Shown: positions 24,551-38,769, numbered from the stretch's first letter. The stretch: DNA of 64,000 nucleotides from Eledone cirrhosa (GCA_964016885.1 OZ024742.1:121706001-121770000); one strand, 5' to 3'. Numbers and translations: made by a program. The notes: generated from the letters alone by a model not told the origin.

Positions 24551-26893
24551 TAGAATTTTCCCAAGAACGTCGACATTTTTCCATATCACTTTGCCACCAA
24601 GGTCCATCAAACGGCTTTAGTTCCTGCCTCAGGGGATCCACTCGTTGTTTTTGAAAACACAACCTCCATGTTTCATATTGAAGAAATGGGCGCCGTCCAT
24701 TCTCGTCGCTGGCATGTCAGCTACGTTGCAGTTCCTAATTGACCCACATTTTTTTTACTAACTCCTTTTCTAATCTATTTCTCGCTTTCGCTATTTTTGC
24801 TTTTTCTTATACATCATTCTATTCTATTCTGATCGAATTCTTGAAAGCGCCCTCTCACCGGTTGTTTACGATTGACTACGCTAACCCGGTCATTGTAGGC
24901 TTTACGCACCGAATATGAAGCGTTCAACTTCCAGCATTTGAGTCTCTGACTATGTATCCTATTCAGTTTAAAAGTGAAGATCATAAATTAATTGAGGTTC
25001 GGAGAAAGACGTCTTGTAGACAACTGATAGATCAGCCTCAGTTGAGGTATCGACAACAACACTCTAAAAATATAGGCATAAAACCATACATAGTTTGGCA
25101 CGGGTATTGTTCATATCGAATCAAGTATTTGACAAGTACTTGCTTTATCAATTCAGGGTGCATTTGAAATCGTCATTTGTAAATATATAGAGCAAAACAT
25201 TTTCTCTTTGACGCTCACTAACAACGTTAACGTATTTAATGTAGAGAGATAATAAAGATTCATTAGAATTACATTCATATTGATGAAAACAAATCTTTAA
25301 ATTAACATCCACTTTGTTATTTGTTTTTCATGCAGAAGTCATCCTCGAGTAGTTTGCCCAGTTGCTTTTTAATTAATCATGCCACACAGCTTTAAGTCAC
25401 TGAAATCCTTTATAGCTCACATGTCATCTGAGATCTGGCAGTACCTATGTTTCACTGATGAGGTTAAATAAGATCAAAAAGTTCAATGTTCACTATAATG
25501 CTAAAGTTCAGAGTCACACCAAATTGTATTCTATTTTAAAATAAACTTCTATGGTTTGTCTCATCTGCTTTGCATGAACATACTTAATCATTGAGATAAG
25601 GAATTTTTCTCCTCACTATCGTTTGATTAGCTACAATTTCTTAGCTCACTACATTAACTATTTTAATGCCAACTTATAATCGAGAGTTTGACAGACGTAT
25701 AAGCCACGTGGCATATTTATAAGTACGTTTTGATATTGAGATAATGATCAGGGTAGAAAGATTTCTTAATGTTGACAAAGATGGTAGTGATTTTATACAA
25801 ACAGAAGAAATTTAGTTCCTGGAATGTTTTAAAAGGCACTAAAAAAAAAAATGTCGGTAGACGTTTTATCGTTTTATTTTGCTTACCAAGTATTAATTTA
25901 TGTGCAAGAGAAAATAAAACTAATTCCCAATGCCATTTCTTCTACGATAAATGATCACTGTAGATTGAAAACTGTTCTCTGGTTTGAAATTTATTTAAGT
26001 TTAGTTAAATTGTCTGTTTTGTCGAGGTAAATATAATTTTGCTTTCTTTGTAAAAGAATTCATATTAATTATTTCTGTATAGTTTGGCCTGAAGAATTGG
26101 GATTAGTTTTAGAATAATGATTGCCTTTTACAGATGTGAACAGATGAAATTCATTAATAAAAACTCTTTTTAAGAAAGGTAAAAAATAAAAGATTTAATA
26201 TTTTGTATAAAATACACGAACAAACATAATTATTTCCGAAAAATGTTGTCGCTCTCTTTGTAAAGAATATTACAATTGTCTGAGAATAGCAAGGAATATT
26301 AAAAAGTAAGTAATTAATTTTATTTATTCAAATTATTTCTGAAATTAATGCAACAGAATTTAACATTATTAGAGAACAGTGCCTATTTCTTTCAGAATTA
26401 TTTCACTATATTTTATGTATTCTGTTCATATGCGAGAGAGAGAGAAATGATAACGAAACACGAAGAGAGAAAGACTGATTTCATAAAATGATTTTATCTC
26501 AGTCTTCATTTTTATTAGTGAAACACAGTTCAAACTTATAGATAATTATCCAAATTAAATGTAATTCTTGCAAATGCGAGTGTAAAAAATCTAACGAATC
26601 TGCTTATATTCTGAAAGGAAAATCTAAATGATTTTCCTTACACCGAAACATGTACAGATTGATTTCCTTAAATGGAATATATGAGAATTTCAAATCCTTA
26701 TCTATTCAAAAACTATTATTGTTGGTAGAGTGGTAAAATAATGTTAAACTTGTAAAAGAACGCTAAACTGTGGTGATGAAGAGTTACACATTTGGCTGCG
26801 ATAACATACGTTTTACATCTTTCGATTAAAATTGTTCGGTTTATTTACATTAATCATCTTATCCTCAGTAAGTAATGAGAACATTCATTATTA

Positions 26894-29800
26894 CTAGCTG
26901 ACGTACCCAGCTTCGCCCGGGTAAACAGATGATAAGAGAAGACAGCTCAAAGCTTCATTATAGACAATATTCAGGGTTGTTCCTCTGTTAGTGGTATCAA
27001 TTGCAAATTTTATACCATCAGGATCGCACACTCGAGATGCAGCAACATACAGTTGCCCATGGCTGAATGCTGGATCATTCAAGTAGACACCGACTCGCTT
27101 GAAAGTCTGTCCCTGTGCCTTGTTGACAGTCATGGAGAAGGCTAAATTGACGGGAAACTGTCTCCTTTGCCAAATGAATGGCAGCAGATCTTCACTTGGT
27201 CTCAGCATGATCCTCGGAATGAGAACCGATCCCTCTCTGCCTGGGAGTTTAGCTTCTAAAACTCTTCCGCTAATCAATCTCTCAACAATCAATCTTGTAC
27301 CATTGCAAAGGACCCATTTTATGATTGATATTTCTAAGCAATATAATCGGCATACCCTTTTTCAACCTCAAAATATGTGGGGGGGGGGGGGGGGGGGGAT
27401 CCGGGTATTTGAAGTGAATTCAGATACTCAGTCGGAACATCCATATTGTTCTGCTGATTAGGCTCCATTGCATCCGCACTGATGGTCAACCATTCCTCTC
27501 CAGGAAACATTCCGGCTACTTGTGAATTTATTTCATCGACCGTTGCATTCGTATGAGTTAGAATAACGCGTTCCGATATCCAGGAGATATTCTGCCAAAA
27601 AGCATTCAAATTAGGGAACACCCAGTCAATCAATGCTTTGCGGTTCAGTGGCATGACCAAATGGTCTGGGATTCTTACAGTCTGATTATCATCACCGTGT
27701 GGCAATTCATCGTTTCCCAACTGCATCAACCATCGGCCGTATGTCTCAGCCTCTTCATTTTGCCCGAACATACGAAGTTGCATATTATCGTGTAATCGCA
27801 AAACTCTGAAATGGTGCCACAACGGGGGCTTTTTCAGACATGCATCGACAATTTGCGCTCTTTGAGCATTCCTAACAATTGGTAGCACCTGTTTGAAATC
27901 GTCGCCAAGAACGATAGTCTTACCACGGAATGGCAGGTCACTACCGCAGATATCTCTCAAAGTTCTGTCCAATGCCTCCAGCAAAAATCTGTCTGCCATT
28001 GGAGCCTCGCCCCAAATAATCAGAGACGTATTGCGTATAAGGCCCGCGAGTTCACTTTGTCCTGTAAGGTTACAGACACTCAACTCATCCGGAGCCAATG
28101 GAGCCTTGAAGCATGAGTGGAAGGTCCTTCCACCACTCAGCAAAGTGGCAGCGATCCCACTAGTGGCCACAGGGAGAGCAATCTTCCTCTGAGCTCTGAC
28201 TGCCGATAACATAGTATTGAAACAGAATGTCTTTCCGGTGCCTCTTGGAGCATATATGAAAGAACAAAGTTGCTCATTAGTGGAAATCGAGTGGAGAATG
28301 CCATCGACCAATTCTCTCTGAGATTGGGTCAACATTGGCATACGTTCATCCACAATACGTTGGTGTTCCAGTGGATCAAATTGGAATAGTTCCCTCCGAT
28401 CGAGTGGCAACCGTCTAAGCTGCAATCGCATGTTCAATGCTAAGACACGTTGCGGCATTTCTTCATCAGGAATTGGCAAATTGAAATCTGTTAAACATTT
28501 GAAATGAACTTCAAGCAGTTGCTCAATATTGAGCAAAACAATAGCTTTCATCAAAATTTCATCATCGACCTGAAGATGATGCCTAAAATCATCAGGCCAA
28601 TGGCGTTCAAATAAATCTCTTGGATCGGCAGGATTGCAGAATCCTAGAATCGTGACAAATAACTGCCTTATTTGAACTGGCATCTGTGTTGTTCCTGCAG
28701 CTTCCATGGCGTCATCCTGAAGGAGTCCCAGATGCTGACACACAGCCTGGTATGTTTCATATTCCACGCCATTGATTGTTTTCAAATCAGCGAAGCTCTG
28801 TTTACCTCTCGAAAAATCACTATGCAACAGAATTCGGAGATAAAACACATCACCAGATGCTGGATGGACATTACAAACACGTCCAATAGTCATGAATCTC
28901 AACTTTTGTGTTCTATCATTCCATTTCTTTCCCCTCTTATCCCACGTATAGTGCGAAGGGAAATCGCAGTAGAGTTGCTTTTGATCCGGGTTCAAAGCAT
29001 GTTCCCTATTATGCTTGAACTACTCAGTCAATTCCGTCTTAGGGGGTGGTGCGTTAGCAATTCTTTCGACACCCTTCTAGTGTCCTGAAAACAGCATTTG
29101 CCTATTCTCTAAGTGTACCGTCAGTTTCTGAACGCTGGGTTTGCGTTCATTGAGATCAAGATCGAACAATCTCCAGCAAGCTTTGCTAGATCCAATCGAG
29201 CGAACATCCTGGAACCTGCCAACTTCATCTCCTTGATTCGCTTCCTCATTCCTGACATTGCTCATTACCCAATCATGACCTTTGTAAACATATTTGAATA
29301 GATATTTGCAAGCTTTCACTGAGCTACAAATTTCCACATTAATATGACAACGATTTCATAATCAAATATGGATTGTATGGCACAACCCATTGATTTGTAA
29401 CCTGTCGACCGTTTACATTTTCGACCAAACCGCCATCAGCAGGCGACCGTCTTCTGTGTGAGGGATGAGCATCCCCATCGTTCCAGGAAGTGTTCGTGAC
29501 AAAAGATTTCGAAAAGTGCTTACTGCATTAGCCATTTTTCATGCAAGGCGATTTCCGATTTGCCACTCCGCATTGGTTGTGCACCATTGACTTTGCCACC
29601 AAGTTGCGTAGTGCCTCATTCTTCGGCAGTTCAGCACACACAATGCTGTCGACATCCTCAGCACATCTCAATTTGCAATCTCTATGTAAAATGATCAGCA
29701 AATGTTCATCTCATGATCATCTAAATGAACAGACATGTTCCATCCATTTTCACCTTTTGGGAATAAAAGAACATAATGCAATCGATCGTATGCCCTATTT

Positions 29801-30930
29801 GACTCATTGATAGTCTTAAGACCACCATCTCCTCGATTGAGGACGATATCTCTCGATCCAGGCTTATCGTCCATCAACACAGCAACTTCACGAAATCCTT
29901 CAGGGGCATTATATCGCCGTTCGAGTTGAATCCTTGGCACTGCGTCAGCCTTAATCACCAATGTTTGCTGCTGAACATTTTGCACTTCAGCCACCAACAG
30001 GAAATCCATAACATAAGTATTACACCATCTAAGCCATGATTGCAAATCACGGATCAAATCACTTAACCTTTGCCGTTCAAGTTCAGTTATATTTCCCGGC
30101 AACTTCATCCAACCGATCCTGATATCCTCCTTCGATTCACTATAATCTGGATCGTTAACGTAAATTTGAGCGAATCGAGACCTCTCTCCTGGGGTAACTT
30201 CTATATTACCGATACTATGATACAGAGGGCCTTGAATGATTACATTCGGTTGCCATGCTCCACTCTCAAACATCTCACTAACTCTCTGCGATTTAAAGAT
30301 AATGAATTGTTAATTTGCCGCGAATATTTGCGCAGTAATCTACCTCGGTCTCCTTGATCACCCCACATACTTAGTATTTTAAACTCCGGTGACTCCTCAT
30401 CATCCGGCATTCGCAAGGGTTCTAGTTGAACTGCTCCTTTATGACAGCACATTGTGGTCCACGTCTTTTCGTGCCTCCAAAGCAATGTTCCACAATGTGG
30501 ACACTCTGCTCGTCGACCAATCTGAAAATGACACGATTGCCATGATCCATTTTTAATATCATTCGTTCGCCTTCTAGCCTCTTTACTGGAATGAGGAGCA
30601 CTTTGGCGACACATTCTCTTTATCCACCCAGCTCCTCTTCATCCATCGCAGCACGCCGTTGCTGCTGAATTCTGGCCATCTGCTGATGATGCTCAGCCAG
30701 TTTGTCTTCAACCATCGCAGACGCCGTCACTGCTTGGCTCCAGCGTTTCGTTGGCGTTGTTCAGCCAGCTCCTCTTTATTCATGGCGGCACGTCTTCGCC
30801 TCTGAAGTTCGGCATTCCGATGGCGTTGCTCGGCCCGTTTTTCTTCATTGCTGGCTGCACGCAGTCGCCGCTGTAGTTCACTGTTTGATAAAGTCGAATT
30901 GCTTTTATTATCAGTATTCATTTCGAACAA
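26894..30930 (-). pseudogene. Helitron Rep/PIF1-helicase, frameshifted and internally deleted
   Basis: CPHCG..CCHKG zinc motif, RFAQIYVND, YDRLHYVLLFPKGE, KYLFKYVYKGHD (Rep motif 3), APRGTGKTF (Walker A), IIWGEAPM, GDDFKQVLP, QFPVNLAFSMTVNKAQGQT, FSHGQLYVAASRV. Confidence 0.92.
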
Positions 30931-30936
30931 TTGTCA

Positions 30937-32358
30937 AAAAATGACACAATAATAAATATAAAAGATGTCCGTCAATACAAAGAAAGGTCCTTATTTACTC
31001 CCTTCACAACTCTGTGTATGTTAGACTGACATACAGGCACACAGACAGATAAACTGCGTGGCGATTGTGGAACGCCACACACATACACGCATTGAAACGC
31101 GCACACGCACGCAAACTTACAGACGCACACACTCACACATGTTGATAGTTTTAACTTTCTGTGGAACGCTGCACGTACGCACACAGACATAAACATACGC
31201 GCACGTACATACACACGCACACATGTTAATAGTTATTGCTTTCCTTCCCCTCTTATTTCCACACACATCACACACACACATGTCTCTACACTGACACATA
31301 TACAGAGTATATAAAATATGACAATAATAAATATAAAAGATGTCCGGCAATGTAAAAAAAGGTCCCTATTTACTCCTTTCACAACTCTGTGTATGTTAGA
31401 CTGACATACAGGCACACAGACAGATAAACTGCGTGGCGATTGTGGAACGCCACACACATACACGCATGGAAACGCGCATACGCACGCAAACTTACAGACG
31501 CACAGACTCACACATGTTGATAGTTTTTACTTTCTGTGGAACGCTGCATGAACGCACACACACATTAACATACGCGCACGTACAGACACACGCACACATG
31601 TTAATAGTTATTGCTTTCCTTCCCCTCTTATTTCCACACACATCACACACATGTCTCTACACTGACACATATACATAGTGTATAAAAAATGACAATAATA
31701 AATATAAAAGATGTCCGGCAATGTAAAAAAAGGTCCCTATTTACTCCCTTCACAACTGTGTGTATGTTAGACTGACATACAGGCACACAGACAGATAAAC
31801 TGCGTGGCGATTGTGGAACGCCACACACATACACGCATGGAAACGCGCACACGCACGCAAACTTACATACGCACACACTCACACATGTTGATAGTTTTTA
31901 CTTTCTGTGGAACGCTGCATGCACCCACACACACATTAACATACGCGCATGTACAGATACACGCACACATGTTAATAGTTATTGCTTTCCTTCCCCTCTT
32001 ATTTCCACACACATCACACACACATATGTCTCTACACTGACACATATACATAGTGTATAAAAAATGACAATAATAAATATAAAAGATGTCCGGCAATGTA
32101 AAAAAGGTCCCTATTTACTCCCTTCACAATTCTGTGTATGTTAGACTGACAGACAGGCATACAGACAGATAAACTGCGTGGCGATTGTGGAACGCCACAC
32201 ACATACACGCATGGAAACGCGCACTCGCAGGCAAACTTACACACGCACACACTCACACATGTTGATAGTTTTTACTTTCTGTGGAACGCTGCACGCACGC
32301 ACACACACATTAACATACGCGCATTTACATACACACGCACACATGTTAATAGTTATTG
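30937..32358. repeat. ~373-bp tandem repeat, ~3.8 copies, in Helitron 5' region
   Basis: acaataataaatataaaagatgtcc recurs near 30946, 31321, 31692, 32067. Confidence 0.93.
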
Positions 32359-33279
32359 AACACAGCGTTCACACTCTCCCCTCTCACTCCCTCATTGGCA
32401 TTATGCATATTAATTTCAGTTTGGCGTCGTTGAGGTGGGCGGCGTCGTTTGAAACCCATGAACCAATGATAATCGAGAATTATGACACACGGAATACTGA
32501 CGTTTTTGAAATTAATAAATAGATAGGAAAAATCATTAATCATTCATAATACACAAAGATCCGTTAAGAACAATTACGTCACCCAAAAGAATAATGTGCA
32601 TACTCATATGAATGATGCAATTCGTTAGAACATTGGATAAAATGTCATGCGGTATTCGTCCATTGAGATACATTTTGTTCGTCATCTCTTCAGAGTTGAT
32701 AATAAGTACAAGGTAAGTAATGGTGGTCGATTCGTCTCTCATATTACTTTCGAGAAGATTTGGATTGTGGTCAGACGTGAAGAACGATGGCCACAGCCAG
32801 ATTAAAATTGTCAAGCGATGCCCCTTATCATGACGGTCCCTCTACTACGTTATGAAGAGTTAGTAGTGAAGGGAAAGAGGGAAGGAAGAAAGGGCGCAGT
32901 TAAATCAAGAGTGAAAATTCATCAACTCATGAGGAAATGTCATTTGAAAGAATGTTTACTTTGTGCCAAATATTTGAAATAATATTTCATAAATTGTTAG
33001 AAAAAAACGGCTAAAATATTAATGGATTATATAGACAGGTTTACTCTAAAATACAAAAACTACCACATTGTTAGTTATATCAAGGTTGTAGAACAGAAAA
33101 GAGCATTATACTTCATATGATGGCAATTGAGATTATTTGACACAATCAGCGACGTGCTCAGTATCACTAACAACTTCAGGCACGATTCAAAGACGAATCT
33201 GGAAATGGGGAGGGAGTGAGTAAAGCTACCACTGACCTCCAACACAACAAGTTGATACACAGGACAGCTGAGTATAATG

Positions 33280-33491
33280 ATTTCTAGTATAGTCACAAGG
33301 CAAGTAATTTGGGGAGAGGGGGAAAGTCGATTAAATCGACCCCAGTATGTTACTGGCGCTTTATTTTATCGACACTGTAAGGATGAAAGGCAAAGTTAAC
33401 CTCGGCGGGAATTGAACTCAGACTGTAAAGGACCGTAACTCTATGCTGCAAAGCATGGTGTCCGACTCTACCGATACTGCCAATCCACTGC
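33280..33491 (-). mobile_element. tRNA-derived SINE
   Basis: Same family. Confidence 0.85.
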
Positions 33492-33519
33492 TCTGCAGCT
33501 GAGTATAATTAATGGTATT

Positions 33520-33950
33520 TTAGGAACTTCGTTACCTTGGCTTCAATTTCAGTGGCACCTTGGTCCATCCCACATTCGACCACATGAGACCGAGAGGACA
33601 GTCAAAGCCTGTTGCCTCCAAAATGAGGCACTTGTCACGTTTCCAAGGAAAGGTGTCATACGGTCATCTCTGTGCACCTCCTCAAGAGTGGAATTTTTTG
33701 TAAGCCCCCCCCCCCCCCGCCCCCCCATAAAAAAATAAAAAGAGAACATTTTATGATAGAACGTTTAAAAACATCACCGAAACCGAATATGATGATTCGA
33801 ATTTGTTTCCTTGGTAGATTTCTTGGTAGTTGTCTTGGTAGATTCTTGGTAGATTTCTTGGTAGATTCTTGGTAGATAAAAATGTGTATTTCAGACGGAT
33901 GCCACATGTTGACATTTTATTACACAAAAAAATAAATCACAAGGGATTGA
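33520..33950 (+). mobile_element. Possible piggyBac-like 3' relic
   Basis: ELRY..HP....RPRGQ..SRFQGKVSYGHLC resembles a decayed Cys-rich transposase C-terminus; ends near ...cacaaggg; ~11-bp cttggtagatt repeats at 33810-33875. Confidence 0.3.
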
Positions 33951-34299
33951 CACTCCAAATTCACTAATCTCCTTTTACTTTGCTCCACTTTTCAAATTAA
34001 ATGACACGACGGTTCAGCTTATATTCAAATATTGTAAGCGCGTCCATTGAGAATATCGTTACGATGTTTGCGAAAGTGTAAAACAAATCTGTATATCCCA
34101 GACAGAAATGTTGACTTTTATTTCTGGATATTTTTTTTATATAATTGTCTGCTGGTGGATTTTGTATTTCGCTCTATATCTTCACCATTAACAAGAGGGA
34201 GGCAACGACGACAACAGTGTCATTAACAACAACAACTCTACCATTAACAAGAGGAAGCCAACCCCAGCATCAGTGACTCACCACCAGCCACTAGGTCCT

Positions 34300-37200
34300 A
34301 TGACAATCTGCTCAGTTGCTCGCAGGTGTGCGTGCTGAACTCTGGGTCTTTCCGCTGGGAACAACCCCTTGTTTTCTCCCTCCACTTTTATTTTGTGTAC
34401 ATCCATCCATTCACTATTTCATTTACTGCCATTCTACCTTCCTGTGTCTCCCCCTCCATGCAGCCCCTTTTTCTGGCACCTCCATATATATAGGTGAGCT
34501 ATGCGGCCCTCTTACCAGCACTTTCCCTTCCACCCACACACGCCAGCCACCCACCCCTGAAGCCGCTCGGTGCCCCAGTTCCCGGCCCCACGCCCCATCC
34601 CCACCCCTCCCAAAATCGACACCTGCAGCACTTGCGGCACCACTAACAAACGGAAGAGGGGTCGGAACTGTTTGGGGTGCGGCTGCTTCCACCACCTCAC
34701 CTGCGTTGGCTTGATTCGTCGAGCTTCCAATACCCACGTAGCGTGGAGGTGCAGGAGCTGCCTCTTCCCCACGTCTTCCCAGCCACGGCCGTCTGGCACA
34801 CCACCAGATGGGACAGCGAGTTTGCCTGACGCCCGAGCCTCGCTGGTCAACATCGCTCGGCTCAGGCGCCTCCGGAAGATCCCACTCAGGATCCCGAGAG
34901 CGGCACGGGTGCCGGTAGCCGATGCCCTCGCTTCCTCGATTGAGAGCGCCCTGGACTCCAATCGAGCCAGTGACTGGGAGCTGCTGTTCTATTTCGCCCC
35001 ACTCGCTCTCGGCCTCCCCAGCTCTGGCGCTGACCGGGGCAGCCGGTCAACAGCAGCCTTCGTCAAGGCCAATGTCTCGTCAATAGGGCGAGCGCCCATT
35101 CCAAGCGTGCCCAGGGACGCCACACACCCCACCCTCAGGTACCCCCTACCCTCCACTCCCGAGGCCAGCGCCAAGCGTTTGCGTGACCAGGTAAACGCAA
35201 AGCTTATCATGGGTGATGTCTCGGCCGCAGTCAGAGTTGTTGCTGCAGAGGAAACTGTCCTCCAACCCACCGAGGAGGTCCTGGCTGCTCTGCGGCTCAA
35301 ACACCCTGAGCCACCCACTGATCTTAGACCCATACCCCCAAACGACCCCCACTTGCTCCTTGTGGTTACTGATGCAAATATGATGTCCGCCATCAGGTCC
35401 TTCCCATCTAGCAGCTGCGGAGGTGTTGATGGTCTCCGACCAGGCCACCTCTAGGAGTTGACATCCCCCTCTCCGCTGAGGCCGGGCGCCGCCTTCTGAG
35501 TGCAATTGTGGCGCTCACCAATAGGCTCATTCATGGTGCCCTAGACTCTTACGCCCGAGGCCTTTTTTTTTCGGCCAGCCTCACCGCTCTCAGGAAGAAA
35601 GAGGGTAGCATACGCCCCATTGCTGTGGGCAATGTCTTCCGGAGGCTGGCTGCCAAGGTGATCTGCAAGTCCGTCACACACGAACTGGGTGAGGAGTTTA
35701 GTTCGGTGCAACTGGGTGTCGGCGTGTCCGGTGGCTGTGAGGGAGACGCTCATGCAATCACGTAGTTCTTCAGCAGCTGCCCATCGGTACCGGCATCCAG
35801 GGACTCCAGGCAGCTCATTGTCAAGCTTGACATGAGGAATGCCTTTAACTATTTACGCCAGGATCATCTGCTCGAGGCCTGCCTCAGTCGAGCCCTCTCT
35901 GCTTACCCGCTGGCCTACCTGTCATATGGAGCCCCGAGCATGCTCCTAGCTGCTGATACGGTCATACCCTCGGCTACTGGGGTCCAACAGTGAGACGATT
36001 TGGGACCCCTCCTGTTCGCCCTTGGTATTGACCACATCGCCCGGAGTATCATGGCCCCTCGCAACGTTTGGTATCTGGATGATGCTACGTTGGGCGGGCC
36101 CGTACGGACGGTCTGCCATGTCCTTCAATCGATGATTCCTGCCCTGGCGGAAATCGGCCTCCAGGTCAACTCGGCCAAGTCGGAGGTGGTGAACGTCAGC
36201 CTCGATGCTGCGAGCTTTGCAGCCTCCGTCTTGGATGTCCTCATCCTCGGGTCACCGATCCACCCGCCGGCCATCCGCTCCACCATCAGGTCCAGGCTTC
36301 AACAGCTCCAGACTCTGCCGATCCGACTGGGCTTGATTGAAGGCCACGCAGCTCTCTTTCTGCTGAAGAACTGCTTCGCCATGCCGAAGCTCCTCTATAC
36401 ACTCCGCAGCGCTCCATGCTACACCCAGACATCTCTCCTCGCTGACCACGATACTTGTATCCGAGCAGCAGCCGAGAGGATATGCAACGTCAAGTTTGAC
36501 GACATAGGGTGGCAACAGGCCACTTTACCGGTCAGGTATGGCGGCCTTGGCCTCCGGTCCCCGATCTCACTAGCTTTGCCGGCGTATCTTTCGTCGGTAA
36601 CCTCGTGCCACGTCCCCGTCAGCAGGGTTCTTCAAAACACAACAGAACCCCCTGTGTTCAGAGAACGTGAGGCGGAGTGTGAGACGTGGGACCCGCTGGG
36701 ACTTAGCCCAATAGACATCCCTCCTCCTTCTCCCCCTGTTGACGTCAAGTTCCCCCAACGCACTTGGGTTGCCATCCAGTGCAGCCTGGATCAGACAGGA
36801 TCACGCGCCAGCTCGACCAGCACCGCCTTGCTTGTTTTCGTGCGGCCACCAAACCCCACAGTGGTGCCTGGCTCCATGCTCTGCCCCCCTTCTCCACTGA
36901 CACGCAGCTAGACAACCATAGCCTCCGAATCGGCGTTTCCCTGAGGCTCGGCCTCCGGATCGGCCAGTCACACCAATGTGGCTGCGGTTCCATCGTGGAC
37001 TCTTTCGGCCTCCACCCGCTTTCCTGTTTCCACAGTGCAGGCCGCATTCCACGCCATGCTGCCCTCAACGAGGTCATTAAGCATGGCTTGGACGCTGCAG
37101 GCTTCCCTCCCAGCTCAAGCCGGTGGGGCTGGATCGAGGGGGGGGGGACGGCAAAAGGCCAGATGGCATGACCATCTTCCCGTTCTGCGGTGGTAAACCC

Positions 37201-37665
37201 CTCGTCTGGGATGCCACTTGCACCGACACTTTCTGCAGCCGCAACCTGGTGCAATCTGCGACTGACCCAGGTTCTGCTGCACGTCGGGATGAGGGGGCCA
37301 AACTCCTCAAATACCGGTCGCTCTCCGACAGGTTTGCGGTCGTTCCCCTGGCCCCTGGCAGTGGAGACTTCTGGTGTCCTCGGCCCCAGGGCTACCTCCT
37401 TACTCACCACCATAGGCGCTGAGCTGGCCAGCCGCAGGTGTGAGCCCCGCGAGTTGGAGTGACTTTTCCAGCGCGTCTCCCTTGCCGTCCTCCGGGGAAA
37501 CGCATTCTCCATTCTGTCCGCTGGGGCTGTGGGTGGGCCCCATCGCGTAGCAATACATTAGTTAAATACCATTCTTTCATCTGATATATCTCTAAATTAT
37601 ATTTTGTACAATGGCAACGTTCTAACCAGTTTATCTTAATCGTTGTATTCATGAATGAAAAAAAG
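34300..37665 (+). mobile_element. CRE-clade (restriction-like endonuclease) non-LTR retrotransposon, decayed
   Basis: GC-rich island with a single RT-RLE frame, short A tail near 37657-37664; 5' boundary uncertain. Confidence 0.85.
34570..37550 (+). pseudogene. PHD-like finger + RT + CCHC + PD-(D/E)xK endonuclease ORF with stops and frameshifts
   Basis: GGVDGLRPGHL, IRPIAVGNVFRRLAAK, QLGVG, KLDMRNAFN, GVQQ*DDLGPLLFAL, WYLDD, GGLGLR, SGAWL, CGCG..H..SC, RHAALN, RPDG, VWDATCTDT, ETSGVLG; stops at 35452, 35763, 35991. Confidence 0.88.
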
Positions 37666-37744
37666 GCAATGAGATGGGTTATTTATACTGATGTTTTCAC
37701 GGAGACTGACAAAAGGAATGAGTTGACGAACGCCCCTCACACAC

Positions 37745-37783
<39 letters not shown>

Positions 37784-37819
37784 ATATATATATATATATA
37801 AAACAAGTATATACACAAT

Positions 37820-37877
<58 letters not shown>

Positions 37878-37879
<2 letters not shown>

Positions 37880-37995
37880 GCGTGTGGCTGAGTGGTTAGA
37901 GAAGTGGATTCGCAATCGTAAGGTTGTGAGTTCGATTCCTGGACCAGGCGATGCGTTATGTCCTTGATCAAGACACTTTATTTCACGTTGCTCCT
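37878..37995 (+). mobile_element. tRNA-derived SINE with CORE-like segment, 3' truncated
   Basis: A box TGGCTGAGTGG, B box GTTCGATTCC, tgtccttgatcaagacacttt. Confidence 0.75.
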
Positions 37996-38769
37996 TCTAC
38001 CTGGAGTTGCGACCGATAGATAGTATTAGCAATTGGAAAGACCAACGGAAACATTGTTCCCTCGGTCCGATTTGACGAAAGTCGATCGTTCCTATAATAT
38101 ATATATATATATATATACAGTGTAGAAATAACTGAGATTCTGTAAATGTGTGTATATATTTATAACTTGGGTACACAGGCATGTTTACAAACCAAATTAC
38201 CAATTTCTTTGTAAATTGAAAAAAAAAAAGATAAATATCTTTAATCGACTTTTGACCCTAGCTGGGTTCTCATGAGAAAACATGTATATCATCTAAACAA
38301 CCCCAAGGAAATACAAATCCTTTTACTTAGAATACCATCCTGAAATCATAAAAATTTTCATATTAGCTCTGATGTTGGTAGAATATTTTGATATATTTTA
38401 AGCAGTTCAAAATATACAAGGAATTTGTATCTATATAAAGTATATTGGTGACAGAAACTGCGTAAATGTGTATGTCAATCTACACATTGAGTATATAGAA
38501 ATGGAAGCATTTGCCAGGAAATACGCGGTGGCTAAAGAAGCATTAGGAAAATTTTAAAGTAGCCTTCTCAAAGTAAATGCCATAACAAAAGTCGATTACT
38601 ATAAAGAATAGTTGAGAAAAAATATATATGATGTTTCAAGAATTAGCAGGTAAGAAATAATTTGCACCTGTTGCAGGAAAATTATAAACTAAGCATATAA
38701 ATGGAATATTTTTGTAGTGTAGTCCTTGATATATTTTTAGAAATGAAATGCTTTTACTCCACGATGTCT

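Larger units (their letters stand above)
26894..33035 (-). mobile_element. Decayed autonomous-type Helitron
   Basis: 3' hairpin tacccag..ccgggta + CTAG|T at 26894; Rep-helicase remnants; candidate 5' TCTATATAA at 33035 (uncertain). Confidence 0.88.

Noticed and set aside
24560-25165. Possible Tc1-like transposase relic (DGAH..EWIP..ELKPFD)
   Set aside because: Weak cross-frame resemblance only; no paired TIRs seen
25455-25490. CTGATGA followed by a weak hairpin (similar isolated hits near 4102, 12497, 13186, 30684, 43866, 56586, 61267)
   Set aside because: No correctly placed GAAA/UH or stem I; several lie in TE coding sequence or simple repeats
30937-32358. Regularly spaced repeats considered as CRISPR-like
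   Set aside because: Whole 373-bp units repeat with no unique spacers; eukaryotic context and no cas genes
33553-33699. 147-nt AG..GT-bounded open segment resembling a plus-strand exon
   Set aside because: Translation better fits a decayed piggyBac-like Cys-rich C-terminus; no partner exons found
34170-34400. Searched for an HDV-like ribozyme and TSD at the CRE element 5' end
   Set aside because: Could not fold a convincing nested double pseudoknot or find a TSD by eye
37878-37950. tRNA-like sequence
   Set aside because: A/B boxes present but it continues into a SINE body without a proper acceptor stem
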